Assembly (NCBI GenBank): GCA_022711395.1
Contig: JAKLFA010000002.1
Span: 323,864 to 387,863, forward strand
Direction: 5' to 3'
DNA: 64,000 nucleotides
From: Candidatus Omnitrophota bacterium
GTDB lineage: Bacteria; Omnitrophota; Gorgyraeia; Zapsychrales; JANLHA01
The position numbers and the translations under genes are program-made. Below the pieces are notes generated by a model that was given only the letters and a program-made list of their open reading frames with translations, searched no databases and was not told the DNA's origin. The first letter of the stretch is position 1. Every line of letters begins with the position of its first letter. Below are positions 1 to 8,710 of this stretch, piece by piece.

Positions 1-526
1 TGTCACGGAATTCAGCGGCCTGGGCGAGCCGCCGGATGATCTCGATCTGGGAGGCCTTTAGCTCCTTGGTCCGTTCATCGACCTTTTCCTCAAGAAGCCT
101 GTTCTGGCTTTCGACGGTCATATGCATAAGGCGCATTTCAAGCATATTCCTGATGCGGAAAATGATCTCCGCGTTCTCATAGGGCTTATGCAAAAAATCC
201 GTCGCGCCCATGCGCAGCGCCTTGAGCCGGAAATCCGTGCTTTGCTCCGCGGAGACCGCCAGGATCGGCAGGTAATGTCGTTCACGGAACGAATGCAGCT
301 GCTCCATGATCTGAAATCCATCCAGCTGCGGCAAAAGAATATCCAGAACGATCAGGTCCGGGTTATATTCCAAGACCGTTGAATAGGCCTTTAAGGGATC
401 AGCAAGGCAGCGGATATTCTGGAATCCTCCGGCGTCCCGCAAGACCTTTTCCAAATAAAGATGGTGGAGTTTCTGGTCGTCGATGATGAGGATCTTCGCT
501 TTTGAGAATTCTTCCTTTGAAAACAC
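1..526 (-). CDS. Response regulator with a receiver domain fused to an HD-GYP phosphohydrolase domain (candidate c-di-GMP phosphodiesterase). The 3' end runs off the window start. Likely GTG start at 526 preceded by an AAGGAG RBS.
   Basis: Minus-strand translation reads ...KILIIDDQKLHHLYLEKVLRDAGGFQNIRCLADPLKAYSTVLEYNPDLIVLDILLPQLDGFQIME... (CheY-like D/D/K receiver pattern) and then ...EIIRRLAQAAEFRD (start of an HD-GYP domain). The ORF track only listed short out-of-frame ORFs here. Confidence 0.75.
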   Translation of the reverse strand, partial: MFSKEEFSKAKILIIDDQKLHHLYLEKVLRDAGGFQNIRCLADPLKAYSTVLEYNPDLIVLDILLPQLDGFQIMEQLHSFRERHYLPILAVSAEQSTDFRLKALRMGATDFLHKPYENAEIIFRIRNMLEMRLMHMTVESQNRLLEEKVDERTKELKASQIEIIRRLAQAAEFRD

Positions 527-591
527 CGGCAAGCTCCTTTGACCTTATTGTAAAAAAACTTCCCGCAAAGACCAAGGGAAATTCAAAAAAA

Positions 592-1347
592 TTACCATTT
601 CATCGCGCCCCAGCTCTTAACCGCTTCCAGGTCCGTGAGGTTCGATTGAAGCGGCGTCACCGTGACATAGCCGTTCTGCAAGGCGGCCGTATCGACGCGC
701 AGATCGCTTGATTTGGGCATGGCCTTGGTTGACAGCCAGAAATATTCACGCCCATAGGGTTTTTCACGTCGGATATAATCTTCCTGAAAGGCGTGTTCCC
801 CCTGATGGGTGACAAGGACCCCTTTGATCTGCCCCTTTGCGCGGTTGGGGATGTTGACGTTCAAAAAAGACCCCTTCGCAAGAGGGTTCTTGATCAACTG
901 GCGGATGACCTTGATCCCGATATCCGCCGCTGCATCAAAGTGCGTGCCTTTGAACGAGGCGACGGAAAGTGCCACAGCCTGCGTCCCCATGAGCGCTCCT
1001 TCCCGGGCAGCCCCCACTGTGCCGGAATAGAAAACGCTGTAGCCATCATTGGGCCCGGCGTTGATGCCCGAAACCACAAGGTCCGGCAGGCGTTTCAGGA
1101 TGCGGTTGGCGCCGAATTTCACGCAGTCCGTCGGCGTTCCGCTTAAGGCATGGCCGAAAAATTTTCCGGAGCGTTCGACCTCATGGACCTCGAGCGGCCG
1201 GGTCAGGCTGATGCCATGGCTCACCGAACTGCGCTCCCCATCAGGAGCCACGACCCAGACCTTGCCCAGTTTTAAAAGTTTTTTGTAAATCGCGAAGATC
1301 CCGGGTGAAAAGATCCCGTCGTCATTTGTCAAAAGGATGTCCATCAT
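592..1347 (-). CDS. surE: 5'/3'-nucleotidase SurE
   Basis: The N-terminus MMDILLTNDDGIFSPGI... is the SurE signature. The ATG ATG start is at 1347; the 280-aa track ORF is a 5' over-extension. Confidence 0.85.
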   Translation of the reverse strand: MMDILLTNDDGIFSPGIFAIYKKLLKLGKVWVVAPDGERSSVSHGISLTRPLEVHEVERSGKFFGHALSGTPTDCVKFGANRILKRLPDLVVSGINAGPNDGYSVFYSGTVGAAREGALMGTQAVALSVASFKGTHFDAAADIGIKVIRQLIKNPLAKGSFLNVNIPNRAKGQIKGVLVTHQGEHAFQEDYIRREKPYGREYFWLSTKAMPKSSDLRVDTAALQNGYVTVTPLQSNLTDLEAVKSWGAMKW

Positions 1348-1349
1348 GA

Positions 1350-2417
1350 TCAACTTTCCTTTAAGATGCGTTCTACGATCTTGGCGCTTCCGGAGGGCAT
1401 TGGAAACTTGACCAGGTCCCTGCGGGCCACCCATTTTTTACAATTGCCGGTTTTCGGCATTTCTTTAAGTGTACACCACCAGACGGATAAAGTCACATGA
1501 AACTCTGTATAAAAATGGTCCACCGTCATCATCCGCTCAGCACGGGCGATCTCAACGCCGAGTTCCTCACGCACTTCCCTTCTTAACGCGTCATGATCGG
1601 ACTCGCCGGCTTCGATCTTCCCTCCTGGAAACTCCCATAATCCTTTTAAAAGGCGTTCGTCTTTGCGCTGTTGGATGAAGAATTTCTTTTTCTGCTGATG
1701 AATGACAGCCACCGCCGCTGAGATCTTTTTGATCGAACGTTTTTTTGTTTCAGGGATCATGTCCTGGGTTCCGCAACGGAAGCTTTGGCAAAAATCCTTC
1801 AGCGGGCATTGAGGGCAAAGCGGATTTTTTGCCCGGCAGACCAAGGCCCCCAGTTCCATCAACGCCTGGTTAAAATCCCCTACCGAGCGCCGGGGTAAAT
1901 TTTTTTCTAGAAAGTCCAATACCACCCGGTCACGCGCGCGGCTGACAGCTCCGCTCAAATTCAAGATGCGCATCCCCACCCGGCGGACATTGGCATCCAG
2001 AAGCGGGACGCGCAAACCGAACGCGATGCTGCAAACGGCGGCGACCGTGTAATCCCCTAACCCCGGAAGGCTGCGTAACAGGACCTGGTCGGACGGAAGA
2101 CTTCCCTTCCAGCGCTGACAAATCAGACGGGCGCTTTTATGAAGGTTCCTGGCCCGGTTATAATATCCCAAGCCCTGCCATGCTTTCAAGACCTTCTGCT
2201 CATTGGCCGCGGCCAATGTCTGAACATCCGGGAATTGTTCAATCCACTGTTCATAGCGTGCAATGACCGCCGGGACAGTGGTCTGCTGAAGCATGATCTC
2301 AGAAACCCAAATTTTGTATGGATCGGAAGTCCTGCGCCAGGGCAGGTCGCGGGCGTTGCGGCGGTACCACTTTAGAATAGCGCTTGAAAGCGGCTGGGAT
2401 GATGATCGAACGGTCAT
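1350..2417 (-). CDS. mutY: A/G-specific adenine DNA glycosylase MutY with a C-terminal NUDIX (MutT-like) domain
   Basis: HhH-GPD motifs (LPGLGDYTVAAV) and a 4Fe-4S loop Cx6CxxCx5C (CRAKNPLCPQCPLKDFC). The C-terminal GGKIEAGE...REVREELG is a NUDIX box. Confidence 0.85.
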   Translation of the reverse strand: MTVRSSSQPLSSAILKWYRRNARDLPWRRTSDPYKIWVSEIMLQQTTVPAVIARYEQWIEQFPDVQTLAAANEQKVLKAWQGLGYYNRARNLHKSARLICQRWKGSLPSDQVLLRSLPGLGDYTVAAVCSIAFGLRVPLLDANVRRVGMRILNLSGAVSRARDRVVLDFLEKNLPRRSVGDFNQALMELGALVCRAKNPLCPQCPLKDFCQSFRCGTQDMIPETKKRSIKKISAAVAVIHQQKKKFFIQQRKDERLLKGLWEFPGGKIEAGESDHDALRREVREELGVEIARAERMMTVDHFYTEFHVTLSVWWCTLKEMPKTGNCKKWVARRDLVKFPMPSGSAKIVERILKES

Positions 2418-2418
2418 G

Positions 2419-3279
2419 CTATTGCCTTACAACATGCAATGGATAAGGGGAATGACGCACGCAGACGCTGGACTGCGCCGGGAAAAGGATCTTTTCGTGG
2501 GACCCCTCAACAAAGATCATGCCGGAATCCATCAAGGATGTGATCGTTATGACAGCGGATCGGGTAAGCACCCCGCCGGTAAGCTGATACTGCTGTCCTG
2601 ATCCCCACCCCCGGTAAAGTTCACGCGGCAAGTATTGAAAATCGCCGCTTTCAGGGTTCATGGCCTGACCACCGGCGGAAAAAATAGCGCCCGTTGACCC
2701 GGTCGCCGTTGACACCCACAGCCCGGAACCTCTCTGCTCTTCAGCTTGGCCGTCAATATTAACGACATAGCGGCTTAAACCGGCCGGGCTGGAATGCGCC
2801 ACCAGGATATCGTTGATAAAATGCATCTCATAATCATGCTGAGGCGCGCGGAGCATCAGCCGTTGCAGAAACTGGACACTGTGCGAATCGGAAAGGATAT
2901 GCTCGAGAAACGACGGGAACGTCTGAGCAGTCGCCGCGCAGAGTTTGCCCACGCTCCATTTTGGATCGGAATTCACACCGACAAGCAATTGCCCGCGCGC
3001 ATACCTGGCCCCTTCCAGAAAGGTTCCGTCCCCACCGACGGTGATGATCAGGTCGAAATCATGATAGTCTTTCAATCGGCCGCGTTCGGTTTTGGTCAAG
3101 CGGATCTTATGCCTCTGCAAGGCCGAAACAACGGTCTCGACACATTCATAATGGCGGTCATGGGTCTCTTTAAAACGTTCGATCTCGGTCTGCGCCGGAC
3201 GCTCCGCTTTTGCGACTTGCGTTGTGTAATGATGATAGGTGCTGCTTTTGTGAAGGACCAAAGCGTGCCTCAGTTTCAT
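2419..3279 (-). CDS. nadK: NAD+ kinase
   Basis: Contains the GGDGT motif (ITVGGDGTFL) and the conserved ...STATGSTGAIFSAGGQ... segment. Confidence 0.85.
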   Translation of the reverse strand: MKLRHALVLHKSSTYHHYTTQVAKAERPAQTEIERFKETHDRHYECVETVVSALQRHKIRLTKTERGRLKDYHDFDLIITVGGDGTFLEGARYARGQLLVGVNSDPKWSVGKLCAATAQTFPSFLEHILSDSHSVQFLQRLMLRAPQHDYEMHFINDILVAHSSPAGLSRYVVNIDGQAEEQRGSGLWVSTATGSTGAIFSAGGQAMNPESGDFQYLPRELYRGWGSGQQYQLTGGVLTRSAVITITSLMDSGMIFVEGSHEKILFPAQSSVCVRHSPYPLHVVRQ

Positions 3280-3971
3280 GGTCTTCCCTCCCCGGCCGTG
3301 AGCATAAAATCAACCTGTTCCCCAAGGTCCACAAAGGATTGAAAGATCCCGTCCGCATCCTTTAAATATTTTTCCGGTAACGATGTCGTCAGTGCCAGGC
3401 ACCGCAGGCCACAGGACTTCGCGGATCGGATGCCGTAGGGCGCGTTCTCAATTACGACCGCCTCTGCCGCGCCCAAATTTAATTTTTCAAGCGCGAGTTG
3501 GAACGGCTGCGGATGGGGCTTCCCATATTGGACCTCGCTCCCGGTGACGGTGACGTCAAAAAGCGACAAAATGTCAGCAGGCAGAAGTTTTAAAAGCTCA
3601 TCCCTGGATGTTCCGGTGACAAGCCCGAGCTTGAAACCACGCTCATGCATGGCCCGTAAAAATTCAAAGGCCCCATCAATAAATCTCAATTGGACGATCT
3701 GCTTGAAAATGATCTCTTTTTGGGCCAAAAGTTCGGCGGCGCGTTTTTCATCATAGGGGCGGCCGTAATCCTGATAGATCTCCTTAAGGCCGCAGGCCCC
3801 TTTCCCCCCTTCACGCTTATAAACATCTTCCCTGGTGATCTGGAACCCATCTGATGCCAGAGCCCTGCGCCAGGCCTCAAAATGATCGGGCATTGTGTTG
3901 GTGATCACGCCATCCATGTCAAAAAGAATGGCCCGTGTTTGTAATTGGATTTTCTTTTCCATAACAGGCAT
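3276..3971 (-). CDS. HAD-superfamily hydrolase (beta-phosphoglucomutase-like subfamily IA)
   Basis: FDMDGVI motif I; the ...GLVTGTSR... and ...VVIENAPYGIRSAKSCG... motifs. Confidence 0.7.
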   Translation of the reverse strand: MPVMEKKIQLQTRAILFDMDGVITNTMPDHFEAWRRALASDGFQITREDVYKREGGKGACGLKEIYQDYGRPYDEKRAAELLAQKEIIFKQIVQLRFIDGAFEFLRAMHERGFKLGLVTGTSRDELLKLLPADILSLFDVTVTGSEVQYGKPHPQPFQLALEKLNLGAAEAVVIENAPYGIRSAKSCGLRCLALTTSLPEKYLKDADGIFQSFVDLGEQVDFMLTAGEGRP

Positions 3972-4020
3972 ATTGCATCCGGTTCAAAAGTCCCTGATTA
4001 TAGCAAAACTTCAGCTTTGG

Positions 4021-5391
4021 TCAACCTGCGCATGGGGCCGCTCTGCCGCAGCCGAAACTCCGGATCCCGACCTCACGATTCAGCTCAGGGTCTTCCATGC
4101 ATAAATAAAGTTCTCCGGAATAGCCCGAAGCCTTGATCTTCTCGATCATCGTCCGGTAAATCTCGCGCCGGACACGGACCGGATAGCGGATCTTTCCGTC
4201 CGTTTCCATGATCTGTTCAGCATTCAGAAGCAATCCGTGCGGGAATCTCGCCTCGATCACCTGCCGCAGCGTCTTGGTCATGCGTAGACCGCCCAAGCTG
4301 ATCCAGCCGATGCCTTCAACAGAGATCGAATTAAAAACCTCTTTGATCAATTCCCCGTATTCCTTTTGCCAACCGTCATAAATAATGATCGGGTCAAAAT
4401 GAAAACCGACGCGGAACCCTGCCTTCGCGCATTGGACGGCCGCATCCAGCCGCTCTTGCAATGACGCGGTTTTGTGCTCAACGGAGGAGATGATCCGCTC
4501 GGGATTGAGAGTCCATGAAACCTGGATATTAGGGCTGGCCGGAGACCTCAAAAGATGCTCAATGTTGCAGCTTTTTGTTTTGAATTCGAACACGACATCC
4601 GGAAACTGCCTAAAAAATCCGACCAGTTCAGAGGAAAACCGAGTGATATGGTCAAACATCAATGAATCCGTGAACTGCCCCGTGCCCAGTCGCATCCCGG
4701 GCCTGTAATACTCACGGAACCGTGAAAAGAATTCATCCAGATTTCCTGGAAAAAGGATCCCCGGCGCGTTCGTGTAACCCTGCAAAAAACAGTATTCACA
4801 ATCATAGCCGCACCCGAAGCCCGCGTTCATGATGTGGTATCCGCAGGATGACGCCCCCGCTGAACAAGGGCACTCCTGAAAAAAATCGAATTGCTCACGG
4901 ATGATAAAAACGTTATCCAGGCGTTGGTTATACTCACGGAGGTCGAATTCTGGCTGACGGGACACAAAATCCTTGTAGCGGTCGATCTCAGAGACGCGCG
5001 CCTCGGGAAAAGCGCAAGAAAGCCTTTCGGCAAGCCCGCAGTCTGAAACGCTTTTTTCAACATAGATGTTCTTCGGCTGAAAAAGCGCGCCTTCACCCGG
5101 CGCCTCCGGGCCAGGCTGCTGCACTTTCAAGAAATCACACGGCAGATATGTGACAGAAGCCCGTTCGGTCGCCGTAAGAGTTGGGAAGCGCCTCTTAAGC
5201 AGAAACGATTTAATGGCCAAAAAATCTTTCTGCTCGTAATGACGCTCCAGGAGGATCGCGTCAAAACCGCAGTGATCACGCCGGTCGATCTCGGCAAGCA
5301 GGCGGACGATCTCTTTTTGCTTGTTAAGCCCGAATTGGGGGAACCGCTCTTGGACGAATTGCCGGATTTCAGCGGTGGTCGAAGACCGCAT
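4021..5391 (-). CDS. Spore-photoproduct-lyase-family radical SAM protein (DNA repair photolyase-like) with an N-terminal extension of about 150 aa
   Basis: CGYDCEYC (CxxxCxxC) radical-SAM cluster motif with the surrounding SPL-like context (…YHIMNAGFGCGYDCEYCFLQGY…). The protein is 456 aa, longer than the SplB typically described. Confidence 0.6.
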   Translation of the reverse strand: MRSSTTAEIRQFVQERFPQFGLNKQKEIVRLLAEIDRRDHCGFDAILLERHYEQKDFLAIKSFLLKRRFPTLTATERASVTYLPCDFLKVQQPGPEAPGEGALFQPKNIYVEKSVSDCGLAERLSCAFPEARVSEIDRYKDFVSRQPEFDLREYNQRLDNVFIIREQFDFFQECPCSAGASSCGYHIMNAGFGCGYDCEYCFLQGYTNAPGILFPGNLDEFFSRFREYYRPGMRLGTGQFTDSLMFDHITRFSSELVGFFRQFPDVVFEFKTKSCNIEHLLRSPASPNIQVSWTLNPERIISSVEHKTASLQERLDAAVQCAKAGFRVGFHFDPIIIYDGWQKEYGELIKEVFNSISVEGIGWISLGGLRMTKTLRQVIEARFPHGLLLNAEQIMETDGKIRYPVRVRREIYRTMIEKIKASGYSGELYLCMEDPELNREVGIRSFGCGRAAPCAG

Positions 5392-6329
5392 TATTCCATG
5401 TCCTCCAGGGAGGCAAGGGCGGCGCTGATCTTGCCGAGCTGCTCCGGCGTGAGGTTCCAGTCCGCAGCCCCCACGTTGTGCTCGACTTGTTCAGGGTTAC
5501 GGCAGCCGACCAGGATACTGGTGACGCCCTGTTGGCATTTGACCCAATTGAGGGCGACCTGGTTCAAAGGATGCCCCATTGTCTTAAGCTCTTTTAAAAG
5601 GTCCAAAACTCGCTCAAATTTTTTCCCCTGATAATATTGATAGAAAAAACTGCGCGCGTCGCTCTTTTTTAAATTCGGCGGAGATGTGTATTTCCCGGTG
5701 AGGATCCCGCCGGCCAAAGGACCGTAGGCCAGAAAACCGATGCCCTTTTCGCGGCAGACCGTAAGCGCACCTTCCTCGACGCTGCGGTCAAGCATGGAAT
5801 ACTGAGACTGCAGGCTGACCACGGAAGCCGCTTTGGACGCCTGTTCGATCAGGGCCGGCTCAAAATTCGAAACACCGATAAACCGGACTTTTCCTTCCGC
5901 CTGAAGTTGGGCCAGTTTTTTCATTGTCCGCTCGACCGGCGTATTGGCGTCCGGCCAGTGGCACTGATAAAGATCGATGTAATCCGTTTTCAAACGGAGC
6001 AGGGAATTGTCAATTTCTTCCTGAATGAATTCGGGGGTTAAGTCGGTCACGATCTTGCCATTCGCCATCCGCAGACCGCATTTGGTGGCGATCAGGACCT
6101 TTTTTCGCTGAGGTTGAATAGCTTTTCCAACGATCTCTTCGGAACGTCCGAAGCCATAGAACGGCGCGGTATCGATCACATTGATCCCGCGGTCAATGGC
6201 CTCATAGATCGTCTTTACGCATTGATCGACCGGGACATCTCCCCAGGTCCCTCCACCGCTGAAGACCCAGGTCCCCAGCGTCAGCACGGATATTTTTTCA
6301 CCGGTATTGGAAAGCGCTCGATATTCCAT
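5391..6329 (-). CDS. Aldo/keto reductase family oxidoreductase
   Basis: AKR fold motifs (…GTWVFSGGGTWG…, …IDTAPFYG…, …VSNF…). An AGGAGG RBS lies 5 nt upstream of ATG at 6329 (MEYRAL…); the track ORF was extended to 6359. Confidence 0.8.
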   Translation of the reverse strand: MEYRALSNTGEKISVLTLGTWVFSGGGTWGDVPVDQCVKTIYEAIDRGINVIDTAPFYGFGRSEEIVGKAIQPQRKKVLIATKCGLRMANGKIVTDLTPEFIQEEIDNSLLRLKTDYIDLYQCHWPDANTPVERTMKKLAQLQAEGKVRFIGVSNFEPALIEQASKAASVVSLQSQYSMLDRSVEEGALTVCREKGIGFLAYGPLAGGILTGKYTSPPNLKKSDARSFFYQYYQGKKFERVLDLLKELKTMGHPLNQVALNWVKCQQGVTSILVGCRNPEQVEHNVGAADWNLTPEQLGKISAALASLEDME

Positions 6330-6406
6330 AATCCCTCCTTGGAGATTCATCATCAACAATGTATAATTCTAACATAATTCCAGATTCTTAAAAGGATGGT
6401 TTCCGC

Positions 6407-7078
6407 ATGGATCGAATAGATCATATTTTCGGACAGCCTATTGAACGCTTCAAAGAGATATGCGTGATCACGCCGTTTTTGTTTAGCAACATGCTCAAGG
6501 ACCTGCGCGTGCACGATTTCAGGCGGGGATCGGCGTTCTCATCCGGATCATCGGAGAGGCTCACCCTGATCCAGGCCGGGATCGGCGCCACCCTCGCCGG
6601 GGAAGCCGCCTTATTGCTTAAAGGTTCTCCCTGCCGCAGGATCATTTTCACGGGAAGCTGTGGAGCGATCGAAGAAACCCGGCGCATCCAAATCGGTTCC
6701 GTGGCGCAGGTCCACTCCGTCTATCAGATGGAAAGTTTTTCGCAAATGCTCACAGGAGGACTAAAACCCCAGGCCGTGGCGCACAATTTGGCCGCCCTTT
6801 TTAAAGACATACCGCCTGTCGTGGCCTGCTCTGTGGGTTCCATATCCATGGAAAACGCTTATCTTCCGGAATTCAAGGCCTGCGGCATTCAGGTCGTGGA
6901 CCTTGAAGTATCATCGGTCATGAGCGCCGCCCAGAAAATCGGGATCGAGGCGCACGCCCTGCTTTACGTTTCCGATGCGATAGATCCAGCCTCCCATCCT
7001 TTTTTAACCGCAAAAGAACCCTCTCTGAAGCTCCTTGAAGCCCAGCAAAAGATCATCAGGTGTTTGAATCAACTATAG
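6407..7078 (+). CDS. PNP/UDP/MTAN-family nucleoside phosphorylase-like protein (possibly a futalosine-hydrolase or MTA-nucleosidase-like enzyme)
   Basis: Glycine-rich …GIGATLAGEAA… and …IIFTGSCGAIEE… segments typical of phosphorylase family 1, plus a C-terminal …YVSDAID… segment. Confidence 0.45.
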   Translation: MDRIDHIFGQPIERFKEICVITPFLFSNMLKDLRVHDFRRGSAFSSGSSERLTLIQAGIGATLAGEAALLLKGSPCRRIIFTGSCGAIEETRRIQIGSVAQVHSVYQMESFSQMLTGGLKPQAVAHNLAALFKDIPPVVACSVGSISMENAYLPEFKACGIQVVDLEVSSVMSAAQKIGIEAHALLYVSDAIDPASHPFLTAKEPSLKLLEAQQKIIRCLNQL

Positions 7079-7079
7079 G

Positions 7080-8021
7080 TCAGTGAGATGGTTTCGAAAG
7101 GGAATCTTTCTGGTCATCAAAACGGGCGATCATCAGGCTGATGAAAAATCCCGCGATGACCAACGCGATCGTGATCCAGAAACCGGCGTCAAAATGTTTG
7201 GGCAGGACATTCATCTGTTCAACCGGGATGATCTTCCCATGGCTTGTCATGATCGTCTCAACCGTTTCCTTCCAGGGCCAGATCTTTCGCAAAGAACCCA
7301 GGACAAGACCGGTCAAAACCGTTAAGGTCAGGTCATAATATTTTTTTAAAAGCCAGCTCAGGATATGGACAAAGCTTAACAGCCCGACCCCGCATCCGAC
7401 GGCAAAAATAAACAAGACCGGGATATCGCGTGCGCTGACCGCTTGAATGACATAGTCGTATTTACCCAACAAGAGCAAAATGAACGCGCCGGAGATCCCC
7501 GGCAGGATCATCGCGCAGATCGCGACCACTCCGGATATCATCAAGAACCACCAGGTCTCAGGGGTCTGGATCGGGATCATTCCCACTAAAACGAACATCA
7601 TCCAGGCCGAGGCAAGCCCCAGCCCGATCTTCGCGAAATCCTTGTGCTGGATCTTTTTGCCGATCGCCCAGACGGTCGCCACGATCAGTCCAAAAAAGAA
7701 ACCATGGACTTGCACAGGGTGTTCCTCCAGGAGCCATTTCATCGTGTGTGAAAGCGTGAAGATGGATGTCATGATCCCGCACAGTAAAGCCGCCAAAAAT
7801 TTCCAGCCGGTGTTCTCAAAAGCCTCCTTAAAACGCAAGCGCAGCAGACGGCTGAAGAACGCCAGGTCAAACGATTTTATTGAATCTAGCAATTCTCCGT
7901 AAATCCCGAACAGAAAGGCGATCGTCCCTCCCGAAACCCCAGGGATCAGGTCGGCGATCCCCATGCAGAAGCCTTTGATATATGTGTGAAGATATTTCAT
8001 GAGTGGGAAAGTCTGAAACAT
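7080..8021 (-). CDS. DUF368-family polytopic membrane protein
   Basis: Multiple TM helices and a …ADLIPGVSGGTIAFLFG… motif characteristic of DUF368. Confidence 0.65.
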   Translation of the reverse strand: MFQTFPLMKYLHTYIKGFCMGIADLIPGVSGGTIAFLFGIYGELLDSIKSFDLAFFSRLLRLRFKEAFENTGWKFLAALLCGIMTSIFTLSHTMKWLLEEHPVQVHGFFFGLIVATVWAIGKKIQHKDFAKIGLGLASAWMMFVLVGMIPIQTPETWWFLMISGVVAICAMILPGISGAFILLLLGKYDYVIQAVSARDIPVLFIFAVGCGVGLLSFVHILSWLLKKYYDLTLTVLTGLVLGSLRKIWPWKETVETIMTSHGKIIPVEQMNVLPKHFDAGFWITIALVIAGFFISLMIARFDDQKDSLSKPSH

Positions 8022-8163
8022 AACGGGTCCTTTTAACGTTGAAAATAGAAAGCGTTTTCTTCAATATGCCGTTTTTGTTTATAAGACATTTTATTTTAAT
8101 CAGTTATGCTTTTCAATAGAATCTTTTGTTTATTGATTTTTTTTAATTAAACCTTGCATGAGT

Positions 8164-8193
8164 TTGCAAAGCGGGAACAACGGGTGCTATACT
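8164..8193 (+). promoter_or_regulatory. Sigma70-like promoter (TTGCAA-N18-TATACT) driving the riboswitch leader
   Basis: -35 TTGCAA at 8164-8169 and -10 TATACT at 8188-8193, about 10 nt upstream of the conserved RNA core. Confidence 0.4.
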
Positions 8194-8204
8194 TTAGATG
8201 ACAA

Positions 8205-8358
8205 TTTGAATAGTAAACTACTCGAAAGAGTAGGGCACAAAGCCGTGAGCCTAAGTCCTTTGCCATGTGAGGATATGGCTGTCTGGTTACCGTAACTCGA
8301 AATTTAAGTGAGTTCCGTTAATCGAAAAAGCCCTTCTCCTCTTTCAGAAGGGTTTTTT
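8205..8358 (+). promoter_or_regulatory. c-di-GMP-I (GEMM) riboswitch, copy A. The aptamer is about 8205-8322 and is followed by an intrinsic-terminator expression platform (stem 8331-8352, U-run 8353-8358).
   Basis: AAACUACUCGAAAGAGUAGGGCACAAAGCCGUGAGCCUA…CUGGUUACCGUAAC matches the GEMM-I consensus (AAACC..UCGAAAGA..GGGACGCAAAGCC…GGGGUUACCGAUGG): a GAAA-tetraloop P1 hairpin, the CAAAGC core and the GUUACCG 3' element. A second copy lies at 25.9 kb with compensatory stem changes. Confidence 0.65.
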
Positions 8359-8386
8359 CAATTAGGGGGCTCGGAAAGGGGCCAAA

Positions 8387-8629
8387 ATGATTAGAAAACT
8401 CTTTTTTCTGATCGTCCTTTTCAGCCTGGTCAACACATCGGCAGCGTTCTGTGAAACCTCGTCTTTCAAGGTCTCGGTGACGATCCCGCGGATCGTGGGG
8501 GTCAATTATTTCCCCCAGGACAGTGAGATCGCCTCCAGCCAGGGCAAGAAAGGCCAAGCGGATTTCACGGAACAGGTGATCTTCAGGAATGGACAGGAAG
8601 TCCTTCTGAAGACACATGTAGAAAAATAG
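8387..8629 (+). CDS. Small secreted protein (80 aa with a signal peptide) directly downstream of riboswitch A
   Basis: GGAAAGGGG RBS then ATG at 8387. N-terminal signal peptide MIRKLFFLIVLFSLVNTSAA. No recognisable domain. Confidence 0.55.
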   Translation: MIRKLFFLIVLFSLVNTSAAFCETSSFKVSVTIPRIVGVNYFPQDSEIASSQGKKGQADFTEQVIFRNGQEVLLKTHVEK

Positions 8630-8646
8630 GATTGACTTAAAAAAAC

Positions 8647-8710
8647 AAACCCCGTTGCCGTTCAACTAGGAGGTTCCGAGTAACTCGTGGCGCGGGGTTT
8701 TCTATTTTTT
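8647..8710. terminator. Bidirectional intrinsic terminator between the convergent small ORF (+) and the large OMP gene (-)
   Basis: AAACCCCG…CGGGGTTT outer stem with an inner paired region. It is flanked by an A-run on one side and a T-run on the other, so it can terminate on both strands. Confidence 0.5.

Noticed and set aside
118-382. Track ORFs 118-321 (-) and 122-382 (+) at the window start
   Set aside because: A different minus-strand frame across 1-526 gives a continuous, motif-rich receiver plus HD-GYP protein with an RBS-preceded GTG start. The listed ORFs are out-of-frame by-products.
8040-8200. Possible tRNA or other ncRNA in the 8.0-8.4 kb intergenic region
   Set aside because: No cloverleaf could be traced by eye. 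The conserved segment is explained by the GEMM-like riboswitch and its promoter.
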